In this document: positions 40,591-54,200 of the stretch, piece by piece | Layout of the letters: each line of letters starts with the position of its first letter | Numbering within the stretch: position 1 is the stretch's first letter | Position numbers and translations under genes: made by a program | Assembly: GCA_010093815.1 (NCBI GenBank) | Contig: ML996580.1 | DNA: 54,973 nt | Direction: 5' to 3' (one strand) | DNA from: Pseudovirgaria hyperparasitica | Taxonomy: Eukaryota | The notes under the pieces: generated by a model | What the model was told of the DNA's origin: nothing | Database searches by the model: none | Seen by the model: the letters and a program-made list of their open reading frames with translations, nothing else

Positions 40591-40617
<27 letters not shown>
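35321..40617 (+). mobile_element. Full-length Tad-clade LINE (copy 3), RIPed
   Basis: 5' UTR, ORF1 with CCHC knuckles (~36595-36795), endonuclease, RT GYADD (~39020), C-terminal CxxC...HxxxxC, (TTA)n tail; 15-bp TSD TATATATATATTATA (35306-35320 / 40618-40632). Confidence 0.92.
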
Positions 40618-40627
<10 letters not shown>

Positions 40628-40781
40628 TTATAATTTTACTTTAAGAAGTAGAGATAGACCTATGCAGGTTACTATTTAAGTATATAGTTTAAGCGAGATC
40701 ACGTGATACCCCTATTCTAGTTCTATTTATCTTAGCTCTAACATATAATATTAAAGACAAGGTAAAGCTAAAGTCTATAAC

Positions 40782-43700
40782 TATTAGAACTTAGTCTTAG
40801 ATATAATCTAATCTATATATACCTTAGCTAATATAGTTAGAAGATAGTATAAAGGGCGGTAAATAGTTATATACTAGATAGATTAGCGTCCCTTTATATA
40901 TATACTCTTAGATTTCTACTAAAAGGGTTTAGTAGTAATTTATTCTATAATAGAATATACTCTATTATTCTATCTAACTATACTACTATCTAATAACCCT
41001 ATTCTTATATTTAAATTACTATCTATATAGTACTATAATTAAGATAGTCTAACTAGAACTAAGAAGGTTAACACAATCTACTATAGAGATAAGTAATACT
41101 ATATTAAATAATAGAAATCCTCTATAATTAATATTAACTCTAGCTATTTCTAACTAAGAAGTAGAGATATTAGACTAAATTATAGAGCTTTTAGATAAAG
41201 AAATAGTAGATATACTAAGTAACTTCTAATAATATAAAGCTAGATAATAAGTTATAGTAGAGCTATATAAGATATTATAATAAACTATTACTAAACTTTA
41301 GAAATATATTGCGAATTAGATTTAAGAGATTTAAACTCTTAAAGAGTAGATAGAATATATAAAACTCCTTATAAAGAGATAAGAACTTAAGGAGTCTCTT
41401 AAAGAACTACACTAAATAATAGTAGGTAGATAACTTTCTATACTAATTTAGGCGGAATTAGTTTATCTACTATTAGAGTTATAATAATCTACTATACTCC
41501 TAGCTACTTTATTACCGATTTACCCTACTTCTTCTCTAGATATACTAAAATCTAAAGATCTAACTATATTTATAGAGAAGAACTAAAAGAAGTAGAAAGA
41601 CTAGAAGAGAGACTATAAAAAGTACTTTCTTAATAACCCTCTACTCTTTTCTACTAAAGTATAATATATTTTATTCGGAGAATAATACCTAGACTTATAA
41701 TTCTATAATTAATAGAATAGATAGAAGGAAGTATAATAATAATAATAATAATATTATATAACTAGGTAGAGTAGTACTCTATAGGCCTATGCCTTCTCTA
41801 GTCTAAGCCACTATATAAGAAGAAACCCTATAGGGAAAAACTTCCTTATATCTATAACTATATCTTATTAAACCTCTATTTCGTCTTAAGTATATAGCTA
41901 TAGAGTACGCCTATTAGCCTATAGCCTATATTACTATTATTTTACCCTTAGATAGTATATATAGGTACGGAGGTTATTAGTTAAGGGCTGCCCTTAACTA
42001 ATAATTAGGGTTCTCCTAGGGTTCTTCCGGTATATATCGGGTTACTACTAGTGTATACCGGGTCTCTTCTAGTATATATTTCTAGGTCTACTAGTACTAG
42101 AGGAGTAGTAGATATATAAGTATCTATCGGGAGACGTCCTTAGGGTACTTATTAAGCTATTATATAATATCTAAAGTCTTCGTAACGTAGATAAGCTATT
42201 ACCGTTATATATAGAGGTTAGGGTATATAGCTAGATAGTAGCGTATTATACCTCTCCGGCCGCACGCCTTATACTATAGGGAGGTATCGGGAACGCCTCT
42301 CTTATAGATATAGTATAGGAGTTCTATAGCGCCCGTTCGGGCTTAGATAAGTATAGATACTTAGGCTTTCGTTAGCCCTTTATATATCTATTTACTTAGT
42401 TCCTTCTATGGCCCTCGAATCTACTCTAGATATCTATCCTACTAGAAGGTCTAGTAGGCACGGAGTGCCTCTTTCTACTTATCTTAAGTCCACGACTATA
42501 TATTTTTTACGAGTTCTTAAAGGCTCTACTAGTCTAGAAGAGCGTCTAGGTTATCTCGGACTTCTTATACTACTTAGCTAGAGTCGGCTTCTATTAAGTA
42601 CCTATACCGTATTTAATTCCGGCCTATATATAGAAGTACACGGTAATGTATACTAATTCGTATATATAGCGCGGCGAAAGCATATTCTACGTTTCCTATA
42701 CGTTTCTATACTTATTATTTAGTAAAGTATACCACCCTCTATATCTAGTAGAAGTTATATATACTTATAACGTCTATCTCGCGTCGTAGTAGTACCGTGT
42801 TAGTAGCTTTATATACGCCTAATATAAGACGGAGTATACGGTTCTATATGGATTCGAGCTTCATTCGCCTAGTCTATATAAGGGCTATATACTAGTACTC
42901 GTGTCCGTACGTGAAGGCGGGTCGTGCTATAGATATATATAGCTAGCGTGCCTTATTCTAGGCGGTTCCCTACGTGGAGGCTATAATCTATTATATAGCG
43001 GCTTCTATCTAGAGGGCCCTAGAGACGGCGTATGCCACTTATAGTCCCTATTTAAGCTTACTATCTAGTATACCTCCGAGCGCGCGCATGCTTTATACTA
43101 GTAGTTCGTTAAATACGTCGATTTGGGGGCGTCGTTCGCCTTCCCTAGTTACCTATTTCCCTTAACGATTAATAAAGTGCATGAGCTAGTATTTCTCTAG
43201 GGCGAACTTTACTCTATAGCGTTTTACCTACTAGAGGTACCTCTCGTGGTCCTATTCTAGTTATCTATACGTTTAGTTAGTATTATTATTAATAGCTAGA
43301 AGGTATATATTATCGGCGTATCCGACTACCTCTATATACTTTATTCCTTAAAGAAGGTCTACTATAAAGAAGAGGAATAGGATTAGAGAGATGGTGCTCC
43401 CTTATAGGATGCCGTATACCATCTCTTTATATTCGCTCTAGTACCTAGGGATATATATCTAAGTTATTCTTTCTATAAGGAATAACTATATAAAGCGTAT
43501 AATCTATTCTAGTATTCGTCTTATCCGGAGGTTATAAATAAGTCTTATATAGTTTACCTTATTAAACGCTCCGGCTATATCGAGGGAGAGGAGCGATACT
43601 ACCTATCCCTATTTCTATACGGCCTAGACGACTTTAATAATATATTAGATAGCTATTATTAGGGAGCTATCTACCTTTACCTTCTGGTTTAGAGGGAGGA

Positions 43701-46700
43701 GATTATATTTCTATACTATGATACTTATCTTCTTTACTATTATAGCCTCTAGTATCTTATCTAGGTAGAAGAGAAGGGCGATTAGTCTCTATCCCTTTAG
43801 GGAGTTAGAGCTCTTTCCTAGTTTCGGGAGTATAATAGTATAGGCGACTCGGAAGCTCTAGGGGTGGTATCCCTACGTGACGTATACTTAGAATATATGA
43901 GTAATAAGTGGTAGGGTCGCTTTTATAGTACTTTTTAGGCATTAATTTAGAATTCTATCTAGTCCGGGTGCTTTATTATTTAGGAGTATCTTAATAATAT
44001 TAAGTATATCCTCCTCTATAACTTCTTCGGGGATATCTACCGCGTGTAGATATTCGGCGCCGTGAATATCTAATAGGTCTACTAGTTCCGGGAGAGGGAA
44101 TATGGCCTCCCGTAGGGCCTTAGTTTTCTTAAGGCCCGTGGAGTATGTTCTCCCCTAATGTATTAGGGGAGGCATGAGTGGCGGGGGTGTCGGAGTATCT
44201 ACGCCCTTGGCCCATTTCGCTATGCGCCATAGCCCTGTTACGTGTCGTGTCTGTTACCTCTAGTTCGAAGTCGGATGACTCCTATAGGTTCGACGTGCCC
44301 TATACCATTAGACCCTACTCCTGTTTTCGCCTTATCTTATCCCCTTTAGACTTATATCTCCGGCTCTACTAGAAGAGGGGCACGACGCCTTATCTAGCTA
44401 GGAAACTACGAGGTTTACTTCTTAAACTCATGTTACTAGCGTACGTGCCTAGCGACACGTTCTATCTCTTTATAAATTAATACGCGCATCCGTTCTCTCG
44501 GGCTATATAGTAGTCTCCCCGGCTAGGACGTGATCCCGTCTACTTCTAGATATACTAAAGGTTAGAGCCTATTAAAGGGGTAAGGTTCTTAGAGCTAGTA
44601 GTTACTACTATATACTACGCCCCGCCTTTAAGTATAGCTACTATCTAGTTTCGCGTTACCTATAAGGATCTCTCTATAATAGGCCGACCGTGTCTTATAG
44701 GCGAGTATCCTTTAAATTCTATACGTGTATACTTACGTGACGCGCCTAGGCGACTTAAGTATCCTCTATCTACTAACCCGACTTGTTTCTACTACTTTTT
44801 AATAGGTCTCTATAGCCGCCTCTTACCTATGTCCGTGTACTATTATCTATATATACTAGCGCCCTACCTCCTACGGTAGACTATAATATCTCTCGTACAC
44901 GGGAGCCGCTCTATCTATCCTAGACCTAAGCGGTATCCCGTATCGAGCGAAAGGTCTTAATAGAGTCACGCTGCTAGTGGTCGCGCTAGGCGTCTTAATA
45001 AACGTAGTTTAATACTATAGGAGAGTTAGCCTTAATAAGTTCATCCGTAGTAGTTTATAGTTACCCTTAATATAATTTCTCGCTAATCCTTACGTACCTA
45101 GAGCCATTTAAGCCTCGAGGTATCCTATCGCGCTACTAGGACTTCCGCTTTCTCTACCCATATGGTAAGGTAAATTTAGGCCTGCTTTCGACATAGTAGT
45201 AGCGCGTTAGATGGTTTTCTTATCCCGGTATCCTCGTGGACTCCTCTTAACGCGTTAATTAAGAATAGGATAGGAGTATATACTATCCTAGCTGGTTTAT
45301 TATGGTGTGGTCTCTATAGAGTAACGCGTCGCGAAAACTCTATAACTACCTACCTAGCGATGATAAGGTCGCCATTAACGCCGCTCCGAACCTCTTACTA
45401 CCTCCGAAGAGGCATTGCCTAGCTACGATAACGTGGACGCGGTTCGTGAGACTTCGTAGCCATAGAAGGAAGTATAGCTACTATCTATAATAACCTAGAA
45501 ATATTTAGCTATATTTATACTAAATACCCTTAGAACGGATAGAGAATATAAAAGAAAGATACTATCTAAGTTAAGAAGCGTAGTATAATAACTAAACTAG
45601 ACATCTACTTAACTACTATAATACCTCTAAAATCTATAGAATAATATCCCTATACTATAGAAAAATATTTATATATTCTAGTTTCGCGAAGTACTACTCC
45701 TATTAATCTATAAAAGACTAGGAATAGTATTATTAAGTTTTAACTATCTATATAAATTAGAGAAGAAAGCTAATAAATACTACTATATCCTTAAGAAATA
45801 TAGCTCTTTAGATAAAACTAATAAACCCTATATAGATTAGAAATAAGGTTAATTAAATACATTCGATTAAGAGTAACCTTACTATAATTAGTACTAGAAG
45901 AGTATAAATTAGAGTAGAAACGTATTAAGAGGATACTAAAATAATTAAGGTAGTACTTCTTAATATAGAAAAGAATAAGATATAGGCTTAAATATAATAT
46001 CTATTATAAAATAGTAGAATTATAGTATACTTCGTTACTATAAGTATAGAGAAATAGAATATATTATATCTAACTATAAGAATCTAAAAAAAGAATAGAC
46101 TAGTACGTAAGATCTAACTATATTCTTAGCTAAATTATATATACTTAGAAGAAGCTATAGTATCTTCTAGTAAGTAAAGATCTAATATTACTAAAAGTAT
46201 CGTTATCTATAGTAAATAGTAATAAAACTATATAGACCCTTATAGATACTAGTATAGAGAATAACTATATTTTATTAATTCTTATAAAGGAGTATAGATT
46301 ATTATATAATCTTAGTAAAGTTAGCTAAACTATTATAGTTAATAGATATAAAGTTAGAACTTTAGATAAAGCTATAATAAATTATAAAGTTTATAACTTA
46401 AAGATAATAAAATAGTAGATATCTAATAAATTTATTATAGCTAATATTAGCTAATAGAATATAATTCTAGAGATACCTTAGCTTAAATATCTAAATCTAA
46501 TTCTTAATTTTTAGAAGAAGATATTAACGTTCCGATAATACTATAGTAAATTATACTAGTAAGTTATAACTATTAGTAAGGAGGTATAGAACCTTACTAT
46601 ACGGACCTAATTATTACTAATCTATCTTATATTCTTATTAATTATTAATAAAGATAAGGATAATAGTAATAATTAGGGCGAAGATATACTATCTAATATA

Positions 46701-48214
46701 TATTTATAGTATACGGATATATTTTTAGTAGAAGATATATTATTTCTCTCTAATTATAGACTGTATAAGCTAAAGATTAAGCTTAAAGAGGGAGTAGATA
46801 TCCCTTATAGTCTACTTTATCTACTTTTAAGACTAGAACTTAAAGTTCTTTATAAATATATTAAAGAATACCTTAGAAGAGGCTAGATATATTATAGTAT
46901 ATTATTAGCTAGTATATCTATTCTCTTTATAAAGAAGAAAGATAGAAGTTTATATCTATATATTAACTATTAGATACTAAATATAGTAACTAAGAAGAAT
47001 TATTATCTATTACTACTAGTTAGTAAATCTTTAGACTAATTAATAAAGGTAAAGTACTTTATAAAGCTAGATTTATAAGATATATATTACTAGCTTTAAA
47101 TTCATCACAGAGATAAGTAGAAAACCACATTTCAGACTAGATATAGTTATTTTAAGTATACTATTATACCGTTCGGGCTAATAAATATACTAGGAGCGTT
47201 TTAAGAATATATTAATACTATACTTATAGAATTACTTAATATGATTTATATAGTTTATCTTAATAATATACTAATTTACTCTAATAGTATATAGAATTAT
47301 AAAGAATATATAAAATTAGTACTAAATTATCTAAGGTACTATAAACTCTATATAGAATTATCTAAATATAAGTTTTACTAATAAGAAGTTAGGTTTCTTA
47401 GCTTTATTATAATATATAGCGGTCTAAAAATAGAGCTAGAGCGTATAAAGACTATTATAGAATAGCTAGAACCTACTACTATATATTAAATTAGAATATT
47501 TATAGATTTTATAAACTATTATTATAAATTTATTATAGGCTTCTTATAAATTATAGTACCGCTTAATAAACTTATAGAGAATAGTAGTAAAATCTCTATA
47601 GATAGGTAAGTATAGTATAAAGCTAAGTTAGTTAAGATATAGTTAATACTAGAAGCGTAAGATACGTTCCGATTATTAAAGAATTACTTTATAACTATAC
47701 TAATTCTTAGGTATTTTAATTCTAAGAAGTATATTTAGGTTAAAACTAATATATTAGGATTTATAATTACTAGAATTATTAGTTAACTATATAAAGATAT
47801 AAAAGATAAGGTATAATAGTATCTAGTCGTCTTCTTTTTCTATAAAATAGTAGATATAGAGACGTATTATAATACGTATAACTGGAAACTACTTATAATT
47901 ATTAAGAGTTTTAAGTAATAGTGATATTATTTAGAAGGCTCTATATATTAGATTAAATTATTATTAGATTATATAAATCTATATTACTTTATATTAACTA
48001 AGGTTCTTAATTACTAATAAGTATATTAGGCTAAGTAGATATTAATATTTAACTTTAAAATCTTATATAAAGCTAGAAGAGAGAATAAAGCTAATCCTCT
48101 ATCGCGGTATAAAGATTATAAGAAATCGTTATAGAATAACATAGATAGTTAGTATAATTTAGACTATACTATACTTTAGATATTATAAGACTAGTTATCT
48201 AATAGAATACTAGA
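40782..48214 (+). mobile_element. Gypsy-type LTR retrotransposon, family D (5' LTR 40782-41009, gag, RT, RNase H), interrupted twice
   Basis: De-RIP RT LFVKKKDGSLRLCIDY (~46923), VYLDDILIYS (~47253), RNase H VETDASG (~47738); split by insertion 41736-45461 and cut by the family C LTR at 48215. Confidence 0.85.
41736..45461 (-). mobile_element. Chimeric retro-insertion: 5'-truncated Tad LINE (41736-44256) fused to a 1.2-kb non-LINE 5' segment (44257-45461)
   Basis: LINE part is the reverse complement of ~38085-40617; the whole unit is flanked by the 15-bp TSD ATAGAAGGAAGTATA (41721-41735 / 45462-45476). Confidence 0.88.
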
Positions 48215-51200
48215 TGTTAAGGGTAGACCATAGATATACTTAACGCTAGTATACTACGCCTACGCTACTACTCTCTCCTCGCTTAATAAAGCTAAGTAAG
48301 CCCCTTTTTAATAGTATACTCCGTCCCTTATCTTAAGGAAGCTAAGTAGACTTCGGCTTCCTCCCTTATTAAACTTACTATATTCTATAAATACTCTTAC
48401 GTCTATATATATATATTATATTTCTATAATATTAAGTTTAATTCTATTTTACTCTCTAAGTACTTTACTATAGACTTCGGAGATAATACGTAGGGTAACG
48501 CTAGGGGCGAGCTAGGCTAAGACCTAGATCTAAATATAGGGTTATAAAGCGCCGAAGAGATAATCTTTAATCTACTATAATACTAGTAAGCCCTTAAACG
48601 AGAGATTCTTACTATAAGAAACTAAGCCTCCTAGAATTAATTAAGCCCTACTATAAATAAACTACTAAAGTCTCTACTTAAAAAGATAACCTTAACCCTA
48701 TAAACTAACTAGGAACTATTAGAACCTAGAGACTAGAAACCGCCCTCCTAGAACGGTAAAGTAGCTACCTTCTAAGACTATCTATTACGGTTATATAGCT
48801 TCTATAAGATATAATCCGCGCTTAAGCTAAAGCTATCTCTAGATTACTACTAGGACGCTATCTATAATACTCTACTAGCGCGTAAGAGAAACTAAATATA
48901 ATACTTCTAGAAAAGGGGAGACTCTATAAAAGGTAAGGACCCCGAAGCCTTCTTTATATAACTTAAGTATATATTTATAGATAGTAATAAGAAGGCTAAG
49001 GCCTTAGAAAAGCTTTTATTACTTAAATATATAAATAGCTAACCTTAGTATAAATACTAACTCGAATTTAACGGGCTTCTACTAAGCGCTAGTAGAGATA
49101 ACTAGAAAGATAGTATAAAAATTAGCTATCTCTAAAATACCTTCTTAAACCCCACTTATATATATATAGTCTCTATACTAAGGATTATAGACTACTATAG
49201 CTTCGTAGAAGAGATTAAGAGAATTATAATAAACTTAGAAGATACTAAGTAGTTTAAGGTAGCTAATAAGAAGTAGAAAAAGGATATAATTACTATAATA
49301 AAAAGTATAGTAGCCGTAAGGTTATATAAGTATTATACTATAGCTAAAAAGAGTAAGAATAGGGATACTATTATAGACCCTATATATATAAGTAGAGACT
49401 AGAAGAAAGAATCTAGATTCTACTATAAGACGGAGGAGATACCGAAGGTAAAGTAGATTAACTAAGTAGAAAGAGATAGATACTAGAAAGAAGGGCTCTA
49501 CTTCCGTTATAGAGTATCGGGATACTAGATTAAAGGCTATCTATATACTAACCTCTCCTTAACCTCTAAAAGGATTATAAAGATTAATTAAGTTAAAATT
49601 ATACCTCTATTAGAGATTAAAGATAATCTTATAGATTCTAGTAATAAGTACTTAGAAAACGCATAACTCCTTCTTAAAGTTAAGAGTAGAGAGTAGAGGA
49701 CGCACTAGTAGATAGATAGGCCGAGTTCTAAAGTATAATAGATAGAAACCTTATATATATAGACGTAGTTCTCTAAAAAGCTATTAGGACTTTTATACTT
49801 ATTAATAAAGGCTACTAGTACTATACTATAATTTAAGAAGACCTAATAGAAGGTCTAGAACTTCTCTATATAAATTATATAAAGTATATAATTAAGGGAG
49901 TAATGGACGCTATAAATGACTCTAAAATTTAGAGAGTTATTATATTTTATATAGAGATAGATAATTACGGATAAGATATCTACGCTTATATAGTATCTAA
50001 CTTAGCCTTCCCGCTTATTCTTAGAAACCCTTAGAAAGCGTATAATAAGGTACGGACCGTGTTTAATAAGTAATAGTACTACTACGGCCGAGTAAAGTAA
50101 TAGATAGATGAAGGTCTTAACTACTATAAGCTAGAGACCGCCGAAGAGTAGGTAGACTCTATAAAAGAATATAAGAACTCTAAAGGGGCCCTTATAGTAA
50201 ACGCGGTATCTATAGAGAATATCTATAAGACGCTAGAGAAGAAGAAAGAGCTATTACTAGAATAGATATAGAAGATACTACCCCCGTAACTCTAGAATAT
50301 AGCTCTACTATTTTCTAAAAGGGAAGCGGATAAACTCACGCCGTACTAACTAGATATTAATTATAAAATTAAGATACGCGAGAAAGCGGACGGGATACTA
50401 ATAGACTTACCGTAGGGGCGGCTATTTAGTATAGTAAAGGACGAGCTTCTTGTACTAGTAAAACTTCTAAGAGACCTTCTAGTAAAAGGGCTAATTCGGT
50501 ATACCGTATTAGAAGCTACGGCCCCTATATTATTTATAAGAAAGTCTAGCGGAGAACTCCGGTTCTATTACAACTACCATACCTTAAATACTATTACTAA
50601 GCCCGACTAATACCCCTTACTACTAATACTAGAGACCCTCTAAAATCTAATAGATGCTAAATAGTTAACTAAGATAGATATTATTACCGCCTTCTACTAG
50701 ATCCGTATAGCCCCTAGCCATAAATATAAGACGGCGTTTAGAACTTGGCTAGGGTCGTTCGAATAGATGGTATACCTATTTAGATTATTAGGGGCTCTAG
50801 TAACCTTCTAATAGTATATTAACTCCTTACTATAAGAATAGCTAAACGACTTCGCTTTAGTCTATATAGATAATATAATTATCTACTTAAATAGATCGAA
50901 GGAAGACCACTTTAGTAAAGTATATATCGTCCTTTAGAAGCTCTAGAACGGAGACCTCTATCTAGACCCTAGGAAAAGTAAGTTCGCTTATAAAAAGATT
51001 AAGTATCTTAGATTTATTATATATACTAATAGAAAAGGTATAGGCCCTAACCTAGAGAAGCTAAAAGTAGTAAAGAACTAGTAGAAGCTAAATACCTAGA
51101 AGAAAGTATAACGGTTCCTTAGATTCTATAACTACTACCGGATATTTATTATAAACTATTCTAAGCTAGCCGGGCCTCTTATAGCGCTTACTAGTAAGAA

Positions 51201-54200
51201 TACTCTATTCTTCTAGAGAAAGAATAAGGAAGAGTTATTCTAGACCCTAAAGAAGAAGTTCTTAGAGGCCCTAGTTATAGTATACTAGGACCCTCGTTAG
51301 AAGATATTCCTTAAGATAGACTATAGTAGGTTCGCGCTTAGAGAAGTACTACTTTAGAAAAATAAAGGAACTCTTAGATCTATTAGATTTTTTTTATAGA
51401 AGCTAAATAAAGTAGAGATTAACTATAATATCTATAATAAGGAGATACTCGCCGTAATCTCCTACTTAAAGTTCTAGAACCCTAAGTTAAAAGTATATAG
51501 TCCCTTTACTATATAGACGGACTATAAGAACCTTAAATATTTTATAATAAAGTATTATCTATTAGAACGCTAAATATAGTAGTACGAAACCTTATCTAAG
51601 TACTAGTTCTCTCTAGTTTACTAACCGGGATCTAAAGCGGTCGTCTCTAATACTCTATTAAGATAGAAATAAGATACGCTTAGAGTAGATAATAAAGAGT
51701 CTAGGTTCTATAGATTTCTAGACTCTAAGGACGTAAAAGATTAGCCGGTCTCTAAGGTAAGACTATTAGCGGCCTATACTATTAACTTACTATTTAAGGA
51801 TATATCGCTAGGGACTAAGTCTATCTATAAAGAGCCGGCTTCCCTAGAATCTTTCTAGAACTACTCTCTAAATAATCTATAGACTATAATAGTAGAAAAG
51901 AACTTAATATACTAAACTATACTCTATATAGTAACGGAAGGAGTATAGTTATTTCTAAGTAAGGTAAAGCTAAAAGTCTAAGTAGTAGATTATAGTATTA
52001 GCTTAGAGGGCTACCTTAACTACCGCGAGAAATTATAGATACTAGATATAAAGGTAACTACGGAAGCCAAGTATAAAGTACTAGGGCCTAGCGAGTTAGA
52101 AGGGGACGTCCTTTAGACTAAGCTTATCTAGTCTATATATAACTCGCTACTCTATAGCTATCTAGGCCGAGATTCTACCGCTTCTATACTAGTATAAAGC
52201 TTCTACTAGCCGCTATAGATAAGATATATAAGGTAGTTTCTACAAAATTATAACTACTATAGATAGAATAAGGTATAGTAGGAATAAAAATATAGACTTC
52301 TAAAGCCTCTTCTAGTCTCTAATTATTTCTTCTAGGAGATCTTAATAGACTTTATTACTAATCTACCCGGCTTAGAAGAGAACCGCTACTTATAGATTAT
52401 TAAAGACTACCTAAGTAAGACTATAGTATTATAAGCGATATCTACTATAAAGGTAGAGGAATACGCTAAGGCGTTTATAGATTACTAGGTAAGGTACTAT
52501 AGTATACCCTTAGCGATAATAAGCGATTAAGAAATAAACTAGACTAGCTATTTCTAGAAGACCTTTTATAGCCTTACTAGAGTAATCTAAAGACTAAGCT
52601 CCGCGTACTATTCTTAAACGGATAGAGACCTAGAGAGAATAAACTAGGAGGTATAGAGCTACTTACGAAACTTTATTAATTAGAAATAGTCTAATTAGAA
52701 AACCTAGCTTCTAACTACGTAACTAGTACTAAACGCGCGCTACTAAGTAGAGCTAGAAATAAGCCTATTCTTTACCACCTATAGATATAACCTACTATCC
52801 CCCATGCCTCTATAGATAGAAGCTAACTCTAGTTTCTTACTCCCCGCTAAATAAAGAGTAGAAACCTTTATAAAAAAGATAAAGAATATTACTAAGCTAT
52901 ATTAAGTAAATATAGTAGAGGCCGTCTAAAAGTAAGAGAAGTCTATAAATAGAAAGTAAACTCTAGTACTAGTATACCGTATAGAAGATAAAGTATAGCT
53001 TAATTTAAGAAACTATATAATAAGTTAACTAAAGAAGAACCTAGACTTAAAGCATGCGAAATATACTATAGATAAAGTTCTATTACTAGTATCCGTTAGA
53101 CTAAGGGGGCTCCCTAGTAATATCTACCCGGTATTCTATATAGATCTACTTAGACTAGCTAGTAAAGACCCTCTACCTAGATAGAAGACTAATAATAAAT
53201 AACCGGACTCTATACTTATTAAGATATATAAAGAGTAGTAAGTTAAAGAGATACTATATACTAGGAATAAAGGGCGAGGATAGAGAAGAGAAGTCCTAGT
53301 AAAATAGACTAGATACTATAACCTAATATAGAAACCCTTAGTAAACCTAATAGATACTACTATATTAGATAAGTTCGAATAGAAGTTCGGACCTACTAAG
53401 ATAAATAATAGCCTACTAGAGTAGTAGACTATAAAGAAAAAGAAGGTATCCGCCTAGTAATCTATAGAATATATAGATAAAGAAGAGAAAGACTATACGG
53501 CCTTAAGAGAGAATAGAAAAGAAATTTATTCTATAGAAAGAAAAGAATAAAAAAAAGAGAGAGAGAACTAAATACTAAAGGAAAAGATCTAGAGGCTAGT
53601 ATATTCTAATAGATCTACGGGTTAGTCTAATAGGGCCCTAATACTAACGCTAGAGGAATACTACCTATACTATAATAGAAGGTTAGTAAGAGAATTCGAC
53701 TAGAGTCTAGAATTAAACTTACGTTTAACTCTACTAGACTACTATCTTAGTTACCTAGGTAGTTACCTAGAAGGCGATAGTACTAAAAGCGTAGTTAGTA
53801 ATTATTCGTCTAGAGAGTCTAAATAGTCTTATATAGAAATTAGACTAGCTACTTATAAAGGCTATAAAGCCTTTATAGCTTTTAGAATCTAGGCGAGATT
53901 CTTATAGATATCTAGTCTAAACTAACTATTAGCCGGGTGTTAAAATATAAAACTAGAAGGGAAAAGAACTTACGCTCCGGTATTAGCCGACTAAGTCTAT
54001 ACTATATAAGTAATATAAGTAATCTCTAGCCTAAAATACTCGGTTAGCGGTTATTATAATAAGGGTTTCTAAGTTAGCTTATAGATTCTAATAATTTACC
54101 CTTCTTAGGGTATAACGAGTATAGAAGTGACTTTAGTTTAACTAAGTAAATTAGCGGAGCCCGACGTAAATAATATAGAGTCTAATACTTACTACTTAGT

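Noticed and set aside
44257..45461. Captured segment as telomerase RNA, group I/II intron or hammerhead ribozyme
   Set aside because: No TAACCCTAA template, no convincing P/Q/R/S set, domain V or CUGANGA core by eye; identity left open.
11811..48431. Giant element bounded by the two family C LTRs and carrying the gene island
   Set aside because: The left LTR is preceded by a PPT (3' LTR) and the right is followed by gag (5' LTR), so the island lies outside both elements.
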